Of a stretch of 64,000 nucleotides of DNA, positions 1-15,600 are shown piece by piece. Each line of letters opens with the position of its first letter. Positions within the stretch are counted from its first letter, which is position 1. A program made the translations under genes and the position numbers. Under the pieces are notes generated by a model. The model was not told the origin of the DNA. It worked only from the letters and a program-made list of their open reading frames with translations, and did not search any database. The stretch is from Macrostomum lignano (lineage: Eukaryota). Location: positions 361,902 to 425,901 of the forward strand of contig NIVC01000815.1 of NCBI GenBank assembly GCA_002269645.1, written 5' to 3'.

Positions 1-370
1 CCACAGCTCACAGCCCCACTGCTCAGAATCCCACAGCTCACAGCCCCACTGCTCAGAATCCCACAGCTCAGAATCCCACTGCTCAGAATCCCACAGCTCA
101 GAATCCCACTGCTCAGAATCCCACAGCTCACAGCCCCACTGCTCAGAATCCCACAGCTCAGAATCCCACAGCTCAAAATCCCACAGCTCACAGCCCCACT
201 GCTCAGAATCCCACAGCTCAGAATCCCACAGCTCAGAATCCCACAGCTCAGAATCCCACAGCTCAAAATCCCACAGCTCACAGCCCCACTGCTCAGAATC
301 CCACAGCTCAGAATCCCACAGCTCAAAATCCCACAGCTCACAGCCCCACTGCTCAGAATCCCACAGCTCA
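1..370. repeat. Minisatellite of 15/30-bp units (ccacagctcagaatc / ccacagctcacagccccactgctcagaatc), probably intronic
   Basis: Direct tandem repetition; ends about 45 bp before an acceptor-like cattcctcag at 407-416. Confidence 0.95.
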
Positions 371-416
371 AAGTCCCTCATTAAAAATGCCCCAATGCCC
401 CATCCGCATTCCTCAG

Positions 417-2062
417 GCGGACTGCAGGCTCTGCCACGACCTCAGCGGCCGCAACCACCGAATTCGCAGCGCTTTGGGCATCGCAGACGGCCTGAAACAG
501 CGGGAGGTGCTCAACCTGCTGCTGGCCAGCCACCCGAAGGTGTGCTCAGCCTACAACTCAGAATCCGGCTGTCAACAAGCTGACTGTGCCGACATTCACC
601 TGTGCAACAACGTCAAGTTCAAGCAGTGCGGCAAGTGCCGCTGCCGCAGGCAGCACGTGCTGAGCATGGATGAGCAGACCAAGATGAAGCTGTTCCCCTT
701 CGACATGGACAAGATGGAGCCTGGTCACGTGCTCAGGTCTTTCCTGATTCCCGCCGCGCTGCCCAACACCAACCCAAACGAAAAACCCGAGCCTCCAGCC
801 GCGGCCTCTCAGCAAGAGTTATCGAAACCAAAGGATTTGGCCCCTTCCGAGCAGGCCAAGGGCAAAAAGGCCAAGCCAGAAGTGCCTAGCCTATTAAATA
901 TTAATGCCGCTCAAGGCGTCGGCTTAAAGCCGCAACCGCAGGAGCAGCAGCATCAGAAAAAGAAAAAGCAGAAGACTCATTCTGTTGCTTCCGATTTATC
1001 CAGTGAACCCGACACTGCTGGGCTAAAAAAACAACAACAGCAACAGCAGCAGCAGAAGGCTGACTTGCAAAGCAAGCGCCAAAACAAGCTGTCCGCAGGC
1101 AGTGTGCCAAACATTGCAAAGTTGAAACTCGGCAGCAGCCCAAAAGCGCAGCAAAAGCCGCCCGTTGCCTCAGCCGCCGCCAATCCAAAGGCGTCTCGTG
1201 CCGCTCCTAGCGAGGAAACCCTGTGCGAGGAGTTCCTCCGGCACGAATGCTTCTCCCAGAATTGTCCTCGGCGGCACTGCCCTCACAAGGTCCCTTATCT
1301 GTGGCAGTGGCGGGCCGCCCACTGGCCGCCGGGCCGCTGGCAGGACGTGGACGCCGCGCTGAACGAGCAGCTGGAGGCGGCCTTCTGCCAGCCCGACCGC
1401 TCCGACTTGGTGACGGTCGGCAGCGGCGAGCTCGGCTCCGAGTTCCCCGGTCAGCTGACGCTGTCGTTCGTTGCCGGTTCGGCCGATAGATTCGAGATTC
1501 GGTCGGTCTCGGGACACCTGAAGCCTCCCGGCGGCCTCCGCTGCCTCCGCACGGAGAGCCGCGCCAGCCTCCACCGGCCCCTGGCCACCAACTGGCGCTG
1601 GTTCTTCCTTGGCAGCCACGGCGCCTGGAGCTCCGTTGAGATTCTTCCAGAGCCCGGCCTCAACGACAAGCTCGAGGAAGCGTTTTGCCGCGGCGACTCC
1701 AGCTTGACTGTCGGGCAGTGCGGCTGCAAGCTCGACTCGATGCTCATCTCCATGCCCGGAGCTCCGCAGGAGATGCCGCTACGTCGCAGGCCGGCGCCAC
1801 GGATGCAACCGGTGACCCATCCGCTCATGTCGGTGCAACAACCGGGTCTGTTCTATCCAGGCCAGAACCCTGTCATGGGCATCGGCCAGCCGTCCATGTA
1901 TCCCACTATGCCAACCTACGGCTACTCAATGGGTCAGATGAGCGGCCAGCAGGGCCCGGTGCATAGGTGAGCTCGTTTCCATGGAGTTAAACATCCAGTG
2001 GCTTGTGCTATTATTTATTGTCGATATACTTTACCTTTAGGCTACACGCTATTTTCATATGA
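417..2062 (+). CDS. ZAP/PARP12-like CCCH zinc-finger + tandem WWE protein (5' exons outside the window; no PARP catalytic domain seen)
   Basis: ORF 387..1970 contains CRLCHDL..NH, VCSAYN..GC..ADCADIHLC..CRRQH (ZAP/PARP12-type N-terminal CCCH array), a further finger LCEEFLRHEC..C.RRHC, and two WWE-like units (YLWQWR..WQDV..LEAAFC; NWRWFF..W..LEEAFC). Likely exon 417-1966 (acceptor cctcag; donor AG|GTGAGC). A possible short last exon is 2041-2062 (acceptor acctttag, LHAIFI*). The ORF-track Met at 387 is probably intronic. Confidence 0.72.
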
Positions 2063-2535
2063 TTCTTCATTTAACAATGGAAACCATTGAGTTTTGCATT
2101 GTTTCCGCTATGTACAGAGCCGACCTACATGGAGTGCCACTATACCAATTCAGGTATTTCAGGAGGCACATTAAATTTAATTTAATTTTAATTTAAAGGT
2201 TTCTTGGATCCTTTTTTCCTTTATTCAATTTTGTGACTCAAACTGACAATCTGCGCCCCCCGTTGAGGAGGAAACCAATAAAAAATTGAATAATCTGCAT
2301 GTAGATTTTCCACTTGCACAGTCACTTTTGTTACTTTATTGAGGAAAATGGTGTTTAAAGTAAAAAAGCATCCACCCTGACAGCCAGCTGTCTAGCCTAA
2401 GATATCAGCATCCCCTATGAGCTTTGGCTCAGACTATCTGAGGAACTCCTCACAGCCACAGCATTTCAGAAATTATCTCATGATGCGTCACATCTTAGCA
2501 ATTCCCTCCTCCATAAGCCACTGTATTTCAGCAAT

Positions 2536-2812
2536 ATCCCCCATGAGCATTGACAACTCAGCCATCCCCCATGAGCCTTGACAACTCAGCCATCCCCTCA
2601 TGAGCCTTGACAACTCGGCCATTCCCCCCCATGAGCCTTGACAACTCGGCCATTCCCCCCCATGAGCCTTGACAACTCGGCCATTCCCCCCCATGAGCCT
2701 TGACAACTCGGCCATTCCCCCCATGAGCCTTGACAACTCGGCCATTCCCTCCCATGAGCCTTGACAACTCAGCCATCCCCTCATGAGCCTTGACATCTTA
2801 GCGATTCCCCCA
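2536..2812. repeat. Minisatellite, ~30-31 bp unit (ccccatgagccttgacaactcggccattcc)
   Basis: About 9 tandem copies visible; explains ORFs 2488..2796 and 2558..2776. Confidence 0.95.
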
Positions 2813-3604
2813 CGAGTCTTCTATGATTGACAGGACAATTCTTTTTGGCTGAACCCTACCTTGACCTCATGAGCCACAGCAATTCAGCACTTTACCCCGT
2901 GTGCCTTTTTCTTTTTTTCTAGTATCTCACCATTTTTTTTAATATTAGTTTTTTATCAAAAACTATAAGTGACAATATTGAAATTCAATCATTTCAGACC
3001 TGGCGGACTTTAAATTGCGCAACGGACTGAATGATCTGAAGTGATAATTAATACACACTGCCTATATTGACTCTATTTACACATGGGTTGATATGGTGGA
3101 TTTTATTACTGTTACACACAATCGCAAATTAACTTAGCAATTCCATACAGCGTTTTTGTCTATCCTAAGTTTATTTATCGTCATAGATTATACCATTATA
3201 CAAGTAATGGTGTTTGCTTCCCCACTGGATATTTTCTGCAGCTACTAGTCCATCTCAAATACTTAAAAAATAAGCGCTCATACTGATACTATAATAGCGT
3301 ATAATACATGACTAGATTCTTCAAATAAAAATGCCAATGAAAATTTAAAAAAGATGGCTAAATTCGTCATTGTTGTTTTCAAACTTTTATTGTTGAAAAC
3401 TGTAGAGTTTTGTACTCGTAAAATTCCATATTGAAGACTATAGGATTGCGTGTGTATTTTAAGGATTGATGGGATTGATTAGCGACAATTTAGAAGCTTG
3501 AGCAGATTAAAATGTTCAGAAATAATCGACACTTATTTACTGTTCTTAAGGTTTAAAACAACTAATAGGCAGTCAGTTGTAGAGCTTGGAGTACTTGAAT
3601 GCCA

Positions 3605-6600
3605 TCACATGTACTGTTCGTCATCTTCATTGCCGTAGATGTACTGAAACATGACCAGCTTTTCCAGCACTTCTTTATATGCTTCTTTCTCCTCTCGGCT
3701 GAGGAATTCTCCTTCGGGGTCGATCTCATCTCGTAGGATATAGCCGTCTGAAATGTTTTTCAATTTTATCTGAATCAATAAAGCTAAAATACTACCAACT
3801 TTTCGACTACCTTTCAGGATCTCTCACTTGTCAGTGTTGAGCACAGCTGTTCCATGACCCACACACAGCAGACTCACACTTGTCAGTGTTGAGCAGAAAA
3901 GTTTTTCTGCTCCATGACCCACACACAGCAGACTCACACTTGTCAGTGTTGAGCACAGCTGCTCCATGACCCACACACAGCAGACTCACACTTGTCACTG
4001 TTGAGCACAGCTGCTCCATGACCCACACACAGCAGACTCACACTTGTCAGTGTTGAGCACAGCTGCTCCATGACCCACACACAGCAGACTCACACTTGTC
4101 ACTGTTGAGCACAGCTGCTCCATGACCCACACACAGCAGACTCACACTTGTCAGTGCTGAGCACAGCTGCTCCATGACCCACACACAGCAGACTCACACT
4201 TGTCACTGTTGAGCACAGCTGCTCCATGACCCACACACAGCAGACTCACACTTGTCAGTTGAGCAGCTGCTCCATGACCCACACACAGCAGACTCACACT
4301 TGTCAGTGCTGAGCACAGCTGCTCCATGACCCACACACAGCAGACTCACACTTGTCACTGTTGAGCACAGCTGCTCCATGACCCACACACAGCAGACTCA
4401 CACTTGTCAGTGTTGAGCACAGCTGCTCCATGACCCACACACAGCAGACTCACACTTGTCAGTGTTGAGCACAGCTGCTCCATGACCCACACACAGCAGA
4501 CTCACACTTGTCAGTGTTGAGCACAGCTGCTCCATGACCCACACACAGCAGACTCACACTTGTCAGTGTTGAGCACAGCTGCTCCATGACCCACACACAG
4601 CAGACTCACACTTGTCAGTGCTGAGCACAGCTGCTCCATGACCCACACACAGCAGACTCACACTTGTCAGTGCTGAGCACAGCTGCTCCATGACCCACAC
4701 ACAGCAGACTCACACTTGTCAGTGCTGAGCACAGCTGCTCCATGACCCACACACAGCAGACTCACACTTGTCAGTGTTGAGCACAGCTGCTCCATGACCC
4801 ACACACAGCAGACTCACACTTGTCAGTGTTGAGCACAGCTGCTCCATGACCCACACACAGCAGACTCACACTTGTCACTGTTGAGCACAGCTGCTCCATG
4901 ACCCACACACAGCAGACTCACACTTGTCAGTGCTGAGCACAGCTGCTCCATGACCCACACACAGCAGACTCACACTTGTCAGTGTTGAGCACAGCTGCTC
5001 CATGACCCACACACAGCAGACTCACACTTGTCAGTGTTGAGCACAGCTGCTCCATGACCCACACACAGCAGACTCACACTTGTCAGTGCTGAGCACAGCT
5101 GCTCCATGACCCACACACAGCAGACTCACACTTGTCACTGTTGAGCACAGCTGCTCCATGACCCACACACAGCAGACTCACACTTGTCAGTGTTGAGCAC
5201 AGCTGCTCCATGACCCACACACAGCAGACTCACACTTGTCAGTGCTGAGCACAGCTGCTCCATGACCCACACACAGCAGACTCACACTTGTCAGTGTTGA
5301 GCACAGCTGCTCCATGACCCACACACAGCAGACTCACACTTGTCAGTGTTGAGCACAGCTGCTCCATGACCCACACACAGCAGACTCACACTTGTCACTG
5401 TTGAGCACAGCTGCTCCATGACCCACACACAGCAGACTCACACTTGTCAGTGTTGAGCACAGCTGCTCCATGACCCACACACAGCAGACTCACACTTGTC
5501 AGTGTTGAGCACAGCTGCTCCATGACCCACACACAGCAGACTCACACTTGTCAGTTGAGCACAGCTGCTCCATGACCCACACACAGCAGACTCACACTTG
5601 TCACTGTTGAGCACAGCTGCTCCATGACCCACACACAGCAGACTCACACTTGTCAGTGTTGAGCACAGCTGCTCCATGACCCACACACAGCAGACTCACA
5701 CTTGTCAGTGTTGAGCACAGCTGCTCCATGACCCACACACAGCAGACTCACACTTGTCAGTGTTGAGCACAGCTGCTCCATGACCCACACACAGCAGACT
5801 CACACTTGTCAGTGCTGAGCACAGCTGCTCCATGACCCACACACAGCAGACTCACACTTGTCAGTGTTGAGCACAGCTGCTCCATGACCCACACACAGCA
5901 GACTCACACTTGTCACTGTTGAGCACAGCTGCTCCATGACCCACACACAGCAGACTCACACTTGTCAGTGTTGAGCACAGCTGCTCCATGACCCACACAC
6001 AGCAGACTCACACTTGTCACTGTTGAGCACAGCTGCTCCATGACCCACACACAGCAGACTCACACTTGTCAGTGTTGAGCACAGCTGCTCCATGACCCAC
6101 ACACAGCAGACTCACACTTGTCAGTGCTGAGCACAGCTGCTCCATGACCCACACACAGCAGACTCACACTTGTCAGTGTTGAGCACAGCTGCTCCATGAC
6201 CCACACACAGCAGACTCACACTTGTCAGTGTTGAGCACAGCTGCTCCATGACCCACACACAGCAGACTCACACTTGTCAGTGTTGAGCACAGCTGCTCCA
6301 TGACCCACACACAGCAGACTCACACTTGTCAGTGTTGAGCACAGCTGCTCCATGACCCACACACAGCAGACTCACACTTGTCAGTGCTGAGCACAGCTGC
6401 TCCATGACCCACACACAGCAGACTCACACTTGTCAGTGTTGAGCACAGCTGCTCCATGACCCACACACAGCAGACTCACACTTGTCAGTGTTGAGCACAG
6501 CTGCTCCATGACCCACACACAGCAGACTCACACTTGTCAGTGTTGAGCACAGCTGCTCCATGACCCACACACAGCAGACTCACACTTGTCAGTGTTGAGC

Positions 6601-9600
6601 ACAGCTGCTCCATGACCCACACACAGCAGACTCACACTTGTCAGTGCTGAGCACAGCTGCTCCATGACCCACACACAGCAGACTCACACTTGTCAGTGCT
6701 GAGCACAGCTGCTCCATGACCCACACACAGCAGACTCACACTTGTCAGTGCTGAGCACAGCTGCTCCATGACCCACACACAGCAGACTCACACTTGTCAG
6801 TGCTGAGCACAGCTGCTCCATGACCCACACACAGCAGACTCACACTTGTCAGTGTTGAGCACAGCTGCTCCATGACCCACACACAGCAGACTCACACTTG
6901 TCAGTGTTGAGCACAGCTGCTCCATGACCCACACACAGCAGACTCACACTTGTCACTGTTGAGCACAGCTGCTCCATGACCCACACACAGCAGACTCACA
7001 CTTGTCAGTGCTGAGCACAGCTGCTCCATGACCCACACACAGCAGACTCACACTTGTCAGTGTTGAGCACAGCTGCTCCATGACCCACACACAGCAGACT
7101 CACACTTGTCAGTTGAGCACAGCTGCTCCATGACCCACACACAGCAGACTCACACTTGTCAGTGCTGAGCACAGCTGCTCCATGACCCACACACAGCAGA
7201 CTCACACTTGTCAGTGTTGAGCACAGCTGCTCCATGACCCACACACAGCAGACTCACACTTGTCAGTGTTGAGCACAGCTGCTCCATGACCCACACACAG
7301 CAGACTCACACTTGTCAGTGCTGAGCACAGCTGCTCCATGACCCACACACAGCAGACTCACACTTGTCAGTGTTGAGCACAGCTGCTCCATGACCCACAC
7401 ACAGCAGACTCACACTTGTCAGTGTTGAGCACAGCTGCTCCATGACCCACACACAGCAGACTCACACTTGTCACTGTTGAGCACAGCTGCTCCATGACCC
7501 ACACACAGCAGACTCACACTTGTCAGTGTTGAGCACAGCTGCTCCATGACCCACACACAGCAGACTCACACTTGTCAGTTGAGCACAGCTGCTCCATGAC
7601 CCACACACAGCAGACTCACACTTGTCAGTGTTGAGCACAGCTGCTCCATGACCCACACACAGCAGACTCACACTTGTCAGTGTTGAGCACAGCTGCTCCA
7701 TGACCCACACACAGCAGACTCACACTTGTCAGTGCTGAGCACAGCTGCTCCATGACCCACACACAGCAGACTCACACTTGTCAGTGCTGAGCACAGCTGC
7801 TCCATGACCCACACACAGCAGACTCACACTTGTCAGTGTTGAGCACAGCTGCTCCATGACCCACACACAGCAGACTCACACTTGTCAGTGCTGAGCACAG
7901 CTGCTCCATGACCCACACACAGCAGACTCACACTTGTCAGTGCTGAGCACAGCTGCTCCATGACCCACACACAGCAGACTCACACTTGTCAGTGCTGAGC
8001 ACAGCTGCTCCATGACCCACACACAGCAGACTCACACTTGTCACTGTTGAGCACAGCTGCTCCATGACCCACACACAGCAGACTCACACTTGTCAGTTGA
8101 GCACAGCTGCTCCATGACCCACACACAGCAGACTCACACTTGTCAGTGTTGAGCACAGCTGCTCCATGACCCACACACAGCAGACTCACACTTGTCAGTG
8201 CTGAGCACAGCTGCTCCATGACCCACACACAGCAGACTCACACTTGTCAGTGTTGAGCACAGCTGCTCCATGACCCACACACAGCAGACTCACACTTGTC
8301 AGTGTTGAGCACAGCTGCTCCATGACCCACACACAGCAGACTCACACTTGTCAGTGCTGAGCACAGCTGCTCCATGACCCACACACAGCAGACTCACACT
8401 TGTCAGTGTTGAGCACAGCTGCTCCATGACCCACACACAGCAGACTCACACTTGTCAGTGTTGAGCACAGCTGCTCCATGACCCACACACAGCAGACTCA
8501 CACTTGTCAGTGCTGAGCACAGCTGCTCCATGACCCACACACAGCAGACTCACACTTGTCAGTGCTGAGCACAGCTGCTCCATGACCCACACACAGCAGA
8601 CTCACACTTGTCAGTGTTGAGCACAGCTGCTCCATGACCCACACACAGCAGACTCACACTTGTCAGTGTTGAGCACAGCTGCTCCATGACCCACACACAG
8701 CAGACTCACACTTGTCAGTGTTGAGCACAGCTGCTCCATGACCCACACACAGCAGACTCACACTTGTCAGTTGAGCACAGCTGCTCCATGACCCACACAC
8801 AGCAGACTCACACTTGTCAGTGTTGAGCACAGCTGCTCCATGACCCACACACAGCAGACTCACACTTGTCAGTGTTGAGCACAGCTGCTCCATGACCCAC
8901 ACACAGCAGACTCACACTTGTCAGTGTTGAGCACAGCTGCTCCATGACCCACACACAGCAGACTCACACTTGTCAGTGTTGAGCACAGCTGCTCCATGAC
9001 CCACACACAGCAGACTCACACTTGTCAGTGTTGAGCACAGCTGCTCCATGACCCACACACAGCAGACTCACACTTGTCAGTGTTGAGCACAGCTGCTCCA
9101 TGACCCACACACAGCAGACTCACACTTGTCAGTGTTGAGCACAGCTGCTCCATGACCCACACACAGCAGACTCACACTTGTCAGTGTTGAGCACAGCTGC
9201 TCCATGACCCACACACAGCAGACTCACACTTGTCAGTGTTGAGCACAGCTGCTCCATGACCCACACACAGCAGACTCACACTTGTCAGTGTTGAGCACAG
9301 CTGCTCCATGACCCACACACAGCAGACTCACACTTGTCAGTGTTGAGCACAGCTGCTCCATGACCCACACACAGCAGACTCACACTTGTCAGTGTTGAGC
9401 ACAGCTGCTCCATGACCCACACACAGCAGACTCACACTTGTCAGTGTTGAGCACAGCTGCTCCATGACCCACACACAGCAGACTCACACTTGTCAGTGTT
9501 GAGCACAGCTGCTCCATGACCCACACACAGCAGACTCACACTTGTCAGTTGAGCACAGCTGCTCCATGACCCACACACAGCAGACTCACACTTGTCAGTG

Positions 9601-12600
9601 TTGAGCACAGCTGCTCCATGACCCACACACAGCAGACTCACACTTGTCAGTGTTGAGCACAGCTGCTCCATGACCCACACACAGCAGACTCACACTTGTC
9701 AGTGTTGAGCACAGCTGCTCCATGACCCACACACAGCAGACTCACACTTGTCAGTGTTGAGCACAGCTGCTCCATGACCCACACACAGCAGACTCACACT
9801 TGTCAGTTGAGCACAGCTGCTCCATGACCCACACACAGCAGACTCACACTTGTCAGTGTTGAGCACAGCTGCTCCATGACCCACACACAGCAGACTCACA
9901 CTTGTCAGTGTTGAGCACAGCTGCTCCATGACCCACACACAGCAGACTCACACTTGTCAGTGTTGAGCACAGCTGCTCCATGACCCACACACAGCAGACT
10001 CACACTTGTCAGTTGAGCACAGCTGCTCCATGACCCACACACAGCAGACTCACACTTGTCAGTTGAGCACAGCTGCTCCATGACCCACACACAGCAGACT
10101 CACACTTGTCAGTGTTGAGCACAGCTGCTCCATGACCCACACACAGCAGACTCACACTTGTCAGTGTTGAGCACAGCTGCTCCATGACCCACACACAGCA
10201 GACTCACACTTGTCAGTGTTGAGCACAGCTGCTCCATGACCCACACACAGCAGACTCACACTTGTCAGTGTTGAGCACAGCTGCTCCATGACCCACACAC
10301 AGCAGACTCACACTTGTCAGTGTTGAGCACAGCTGCTCCATGACCCACACACAGCAGACTCACACTTGTCAGTGTTGAGCACAGCTGCTCCATGACCCAC
10401 ACACAGCAGACTCACACTTGTCAGTGTTGAGCACAGCTGCTCCATGACCCACACACAGCAGACTCACACTTGTCAGTTGAGCACAGCTGCTCCATGACCC
10501 ACACACAGCAGACTCACACTTGTCAGTGTTGAGCACAGCTGCTCCATGACCCACACACAGCAGACTCACACTTGTCAGTGTTGAGCACAGCTGCTCCATG
10601 ACCCACACACAGCAGACTCACACTTGTCAGTTGAGCACAGCTGCTCCATGACCCACACACAGCAGACTCACACTTGTCAGTGTTGAGCACAGCTGCTCCA
10701 TGACCCACACACAGCAGACTCACACTTGTCAGTGTTGAGCACAGCTGCTCCATGACCCACACACAGCAGACTCACACTTGTCAGTGTTGAGCACAGCTGC
10801 TCCATGACCCACACACAGCAGACTCACACTTGTCAGTGTTGAGCACAGCTGCTCCATGACCCACACACAGCAGACTCACACTTGTCAGTGTTGAGCACAG
10901 CTGCTCCATGACCCACACACAGCAGACTCACACTTGTCAGTGTTGAGCACAGCTGCTCCATGACCCACACACAGCAGACTCACACTTGTCAGTGTTGAGC
11001 ACAGCTGCTCCATGACCCACACACAGCAGACTCACACTTGTCAGTGTTGAGCACAGCTGCTCCATGACCCACACACAGCAGACTCACACTTGTCAGTGTT
11101 GAGCACAGCTGCTCCATGACCCACACACAGCAGACTCACACTTGTCAGTGTTGAGCACAGCTGCTCCATGACCCACACACAGCAGACTCACACTTGTCAG
11201 TGTTGAGCACAGCTGCTCCATGACCCACACACAGCAGACTCACACTTGTCAGTGTTGAGCACAGCTGCTCCATGACCCACACACAGCAGACTCACACTTG
11301 TCAGTGTTGAGCACAGCTGCTCCATGACCCACACACAGCAGACTCACACTTGTCAGTGTTGAGCACAGCTGCTCCATGACCCACACACAGCAGACTCACA
11401 CTTGTCAGTGTTGAGCACAGCTGCTCCATGACCCACACACAGCAGACTCACACTTGTCAGTGTTGAGCACAGCTGCTCCATGACCCACACACAGCAGACT
11501 CACACTTGTCAGTGTTGAGCACAGCTGCTCCATGACCCACACACAGCAGACTCACACTTGTCAGTGTTGAGCACAGCTGCTCCATGACCCACACACAGCA
11601 GACTCACACTTGTCAGTGTTGAGCACAGCTGCTCCATGACCCACACACAGCAGACTCACACTTGTCAGTGTTGAGCACAGCTGCTCCATGACCCACACAC
11701 AGCAGACTCACACTTGTCAGTGTTGAGCACAGCTGCTCCATGACCCACACACAGCAGACTCACACTTGTCAGTGTTGAGCACAGCTGCTCCATGACCCAC
11801 ACACAGCAGACTCACACTTGTCAGTGTTGAGCACAGCTGCTCCATGACCCACACACAGCAGACTCACACTTGTCAGTGTTGAGCACAGCTGCTCCATGAC
11901 CCACACACAGCAGACTCACACTTGTCAGTTGAGCACAGCTGCTCCATGACCCACACACAGCAGACTCACACTTGTCAGTGTTGAGCACAGCTGCTCCATG
12001 ACCCACACACAGCAGACTCACACTTGTCAGTGTTGAGCACAGCTGCTCCATGACCCACACACAGCAGACTCACACTTGTCAGTGTTGAGCACAGCTGCTC
12101 CATGACCCACACACAGCAGACTCACACTTGTCAGTGTTGAGCACAGCTGCTCCATGACCCACACACAGCAGACTCACACTTGTCAGTTGAGCACAGCTGC
12201 TCCATGACCCACACACAGCAGACTCACACTTGTCAGTGTTGAGCACAGCTGCTCCATGACCCACACACAGCAGACTCACACTTGTCAGTGTTGAGCACAG
12301 CTGCTCCATGACCCACACACAGCAGACTCACACTTGTCAGTGTTGAGCACAGCTGCTCCATGACCCACACACAGCAGACTCACACTTGTCAGTGTTGAGC
12401 ACAGCTGCTCCATGACCCACACACAGCAGACTCACACTTGTCAGTGTTGAGCACAGCTGCTCCATGACCCACACACAGCAGACTCACACTTGTCAGTGTT
12501 GAGCACAGCTGCTCCATGACCCACACACAGCAGACTCACACTTGTCAGTGTTGAGCACAGCTGCTCCATGACCCACACACAGCAGACTCACACTTGTCAG

Positions 12601-15600
12601 TGTTGAGCACAGCTGCTCCATGACCCACACACAGCAGACTCACACTTGTCAGTGTTGAGCACAGCTGCTCCATGACCCACACACAGCAGACTCACACTTG
12701 TCAGTGTTGAGCACAGCTGCTCCATGACCCACACACAGCAGACTCACACTTGTCAGTTGAGCACAGCTGCTCCATGACCCACACACAGCAGACTCACACT
12801 TGTCAGTGTTGAGCACAGCTGCTCCATGACCCACACACAGCAGACTCACACTTGTCAGTTGAGCACAGCTGCTCCATGACCCACACACAGCAGACTCACA
12901 CTTGTCAGTGTTGAGCACAGCTGCTCCATGACCCACACACAGCAGACTCACACTTGTCAGTGTTGAGCACAGCTGCTCCATGACCCACACACAGCAGACT
13001 CACACTTGTCAGTGTTGAGCACAGCTGCTCCATGACCCACACACAGCAGACTCACACTTGTCAGTGTTGAGCACAGCTGCTCCATGACCCACACACAGCA
13101 GACTCACACTTGTCAGTGTTGAGCACAGCTGCTCCATGACCCACACACAGCAGACTCACACTTGTCAGTGTTGAGCACAGCTGCTCCATGACCCACACAC
13201 AGCAGACTCACACTTGTCAGTGTTGAGCACAGCTGCTCCATGACCCACACACAGCAGACTCACACTTGTCAGTGCTGAGCACAGCTGCTCCATGACCCAC
13301 ACACAGCAGACTCACACTTGTCAGTGTTGAGCACAGCTGCTCCATGACCCACACACAGCAGACTCACACTTGTCAGTGTTGAGCACAGCTGCTCCATGAC
13401 CCACACACAGCAGACTCACACTTGTCAGTGTTGAGCACAGCTGCTCCATGACCCACACACAGCAGACTCACACTTGTCAGTGTTGAGCACAGCTGCTCCA
13501 TGACCCACACACAGCAGACTCACACTTGTCAGTGTTGAGCACAGCTGCTCCATGACCCACACACAGCAGACTCACACTTGTCAGTGTTGAGCACAGCTGC
13601 TCCATGACCCACACACAGCAGACTCACACTTGTCAGTGTTGAGCACAGCTGCTCCATGACCCACACACAGCAGACTCACACTTGTCAGTGTTGAGCACAG
13701 CTGCTCCATGACCCACACACAGCAGACTCACACTTGTCAGTTGAGCACAGCTGCTCCATGACCCACACACAGCAGACTCACACTTGTCAGTGTTGAGCAC
13801 AGCTGCTCCATGACCCACACACAGCAGACTCACACTTGTCAGTGTTGAGCACAGCTGCTCCATGACCCACACACAGCAGACTCACACTTGTCAGTGTTGA
13901 GCACAGCTGCTCCATGACCCACACACAGCAGACTCACACTTGTCAGTGTTGAGCACAGCTGCTCCATGACCCACACACAGCAGACTCACACTTGTCAGTG
14001 TTGAGCACAGCTGCTCCATGACCCACACACAGCAGACTCACACTTGTCAGTGTTGAGCACAGCTGCTCCATGACCCACACACAGCAGACTCACACTTGTC
14101 AGTGTTGAGCACAGCTGCTCCATGACCCACACACAGCAGACTCACACTTGTCAGTGTTGAGCACAGCTGCTCCATGACCCACACACAGCAGACTCACACT
14201 TGTCAGTGTTGAGCACAGCTGCTCCATGACCCACACACAGCAGACTCACACTTGTCAGTGTTGAGCACAGCTGCTCCATGACCCACACACAGCAGACTCA
14301 CACTTGTCAGTGTTGAGCACAGCTGCTCCATGACCCACACACAGCAGACTCACACTTGTCAGTGCTGAGCACAGCTGCTCCATGACCCACACACAGCAGA
14401 CTCACACTTGTCAGTGTTGAGCACAGCTGCTCCATGACCCACACACAGCAGACTCACACTTGTCAGTGTTGAGCACAGCTGCTCCATGACCCACACACAG
14501 CAGACTCACACTTGTCAGTGTTGAGCACAGCTGCTCCATGACCCACACACAGCAGACTCACACTTGTCAGTGTTGAGCACAGCTGCTCCATGACCCACAC
14601 ACAGCAGACTCACACTTGTCAGTGTTGAGCACAGCTGCTCCATGACCCACACACAGCAGACTCACACTTGTCAGTGTTGAGCACAGCTGCTCCATGACCC
14701 ACACACAGCAGACTCACACTTGTCAGTGTTGAGCACAGCTGCTCCATGACCCACACACAGCAGACTCACACTTGTCAGTGTTGAGCACAGCTGCTCCATG
14801 ACCCACACACAGCAGACTCACACTTGTCAGTGTTGAGCACAGCTGCTCCATGACCCACACACAGCAGACTCACACTTGTCAGTGCTGAGCACAGCTGCTC
14901 CATGACCCACACACAGCAGACTCACACTTGTCACTGTTGAGCACAGCTGCTCCATGACCCACACACAGCAGACTCACACTTGTCAGTGTTGAGCACAGCT
15001 GCTCCATGACCCACACACAGCAGACTCACACTTGTCAGTGTTGAGCACAGCTGCTCCATGACCCACACACAGCAGACTCACACTTGTCAGTGTTGAGCAC
15101 AGCTGCTCCATGACCCACACACAGCAGACTCACACTTGTCAGTGTTGAGCACAGCTGCTCCATGACCCACACACAGCAGACTCACACTTGTCAGTGTTGA
15201 GCACAGCTGCTCCATGACCCACACACAGCAGACTCACACTTGTCAGTGTTGAGCACAGCTGCTCCATGACCCACACACAGCAGACTCACACTTGTCAGTG
15301 CTGAGCACAGCTGCTCCATGACCCACACACAGCAGACTCACACTTGTCAGTGTTGAGCACAGCTGCTCCATGACCCACACACAGCAGACTCACACTTGTC
15401 AGTGTTGAGCACAGCTGCTCCATGACCCACACACAGCAGACTCACACTTGTCAGTGTTGAGCACAGCTGCTCCATGACCCACACACAGCAGACTCACACT
15501 TGTCAGTGTTGAGCACAGCTGCTCCATGACCCACACACAGCAGACTCACACTTGTCAGTGTTGAGCACAGCTGCTCCATGACCCACACACAGCAGACTCA

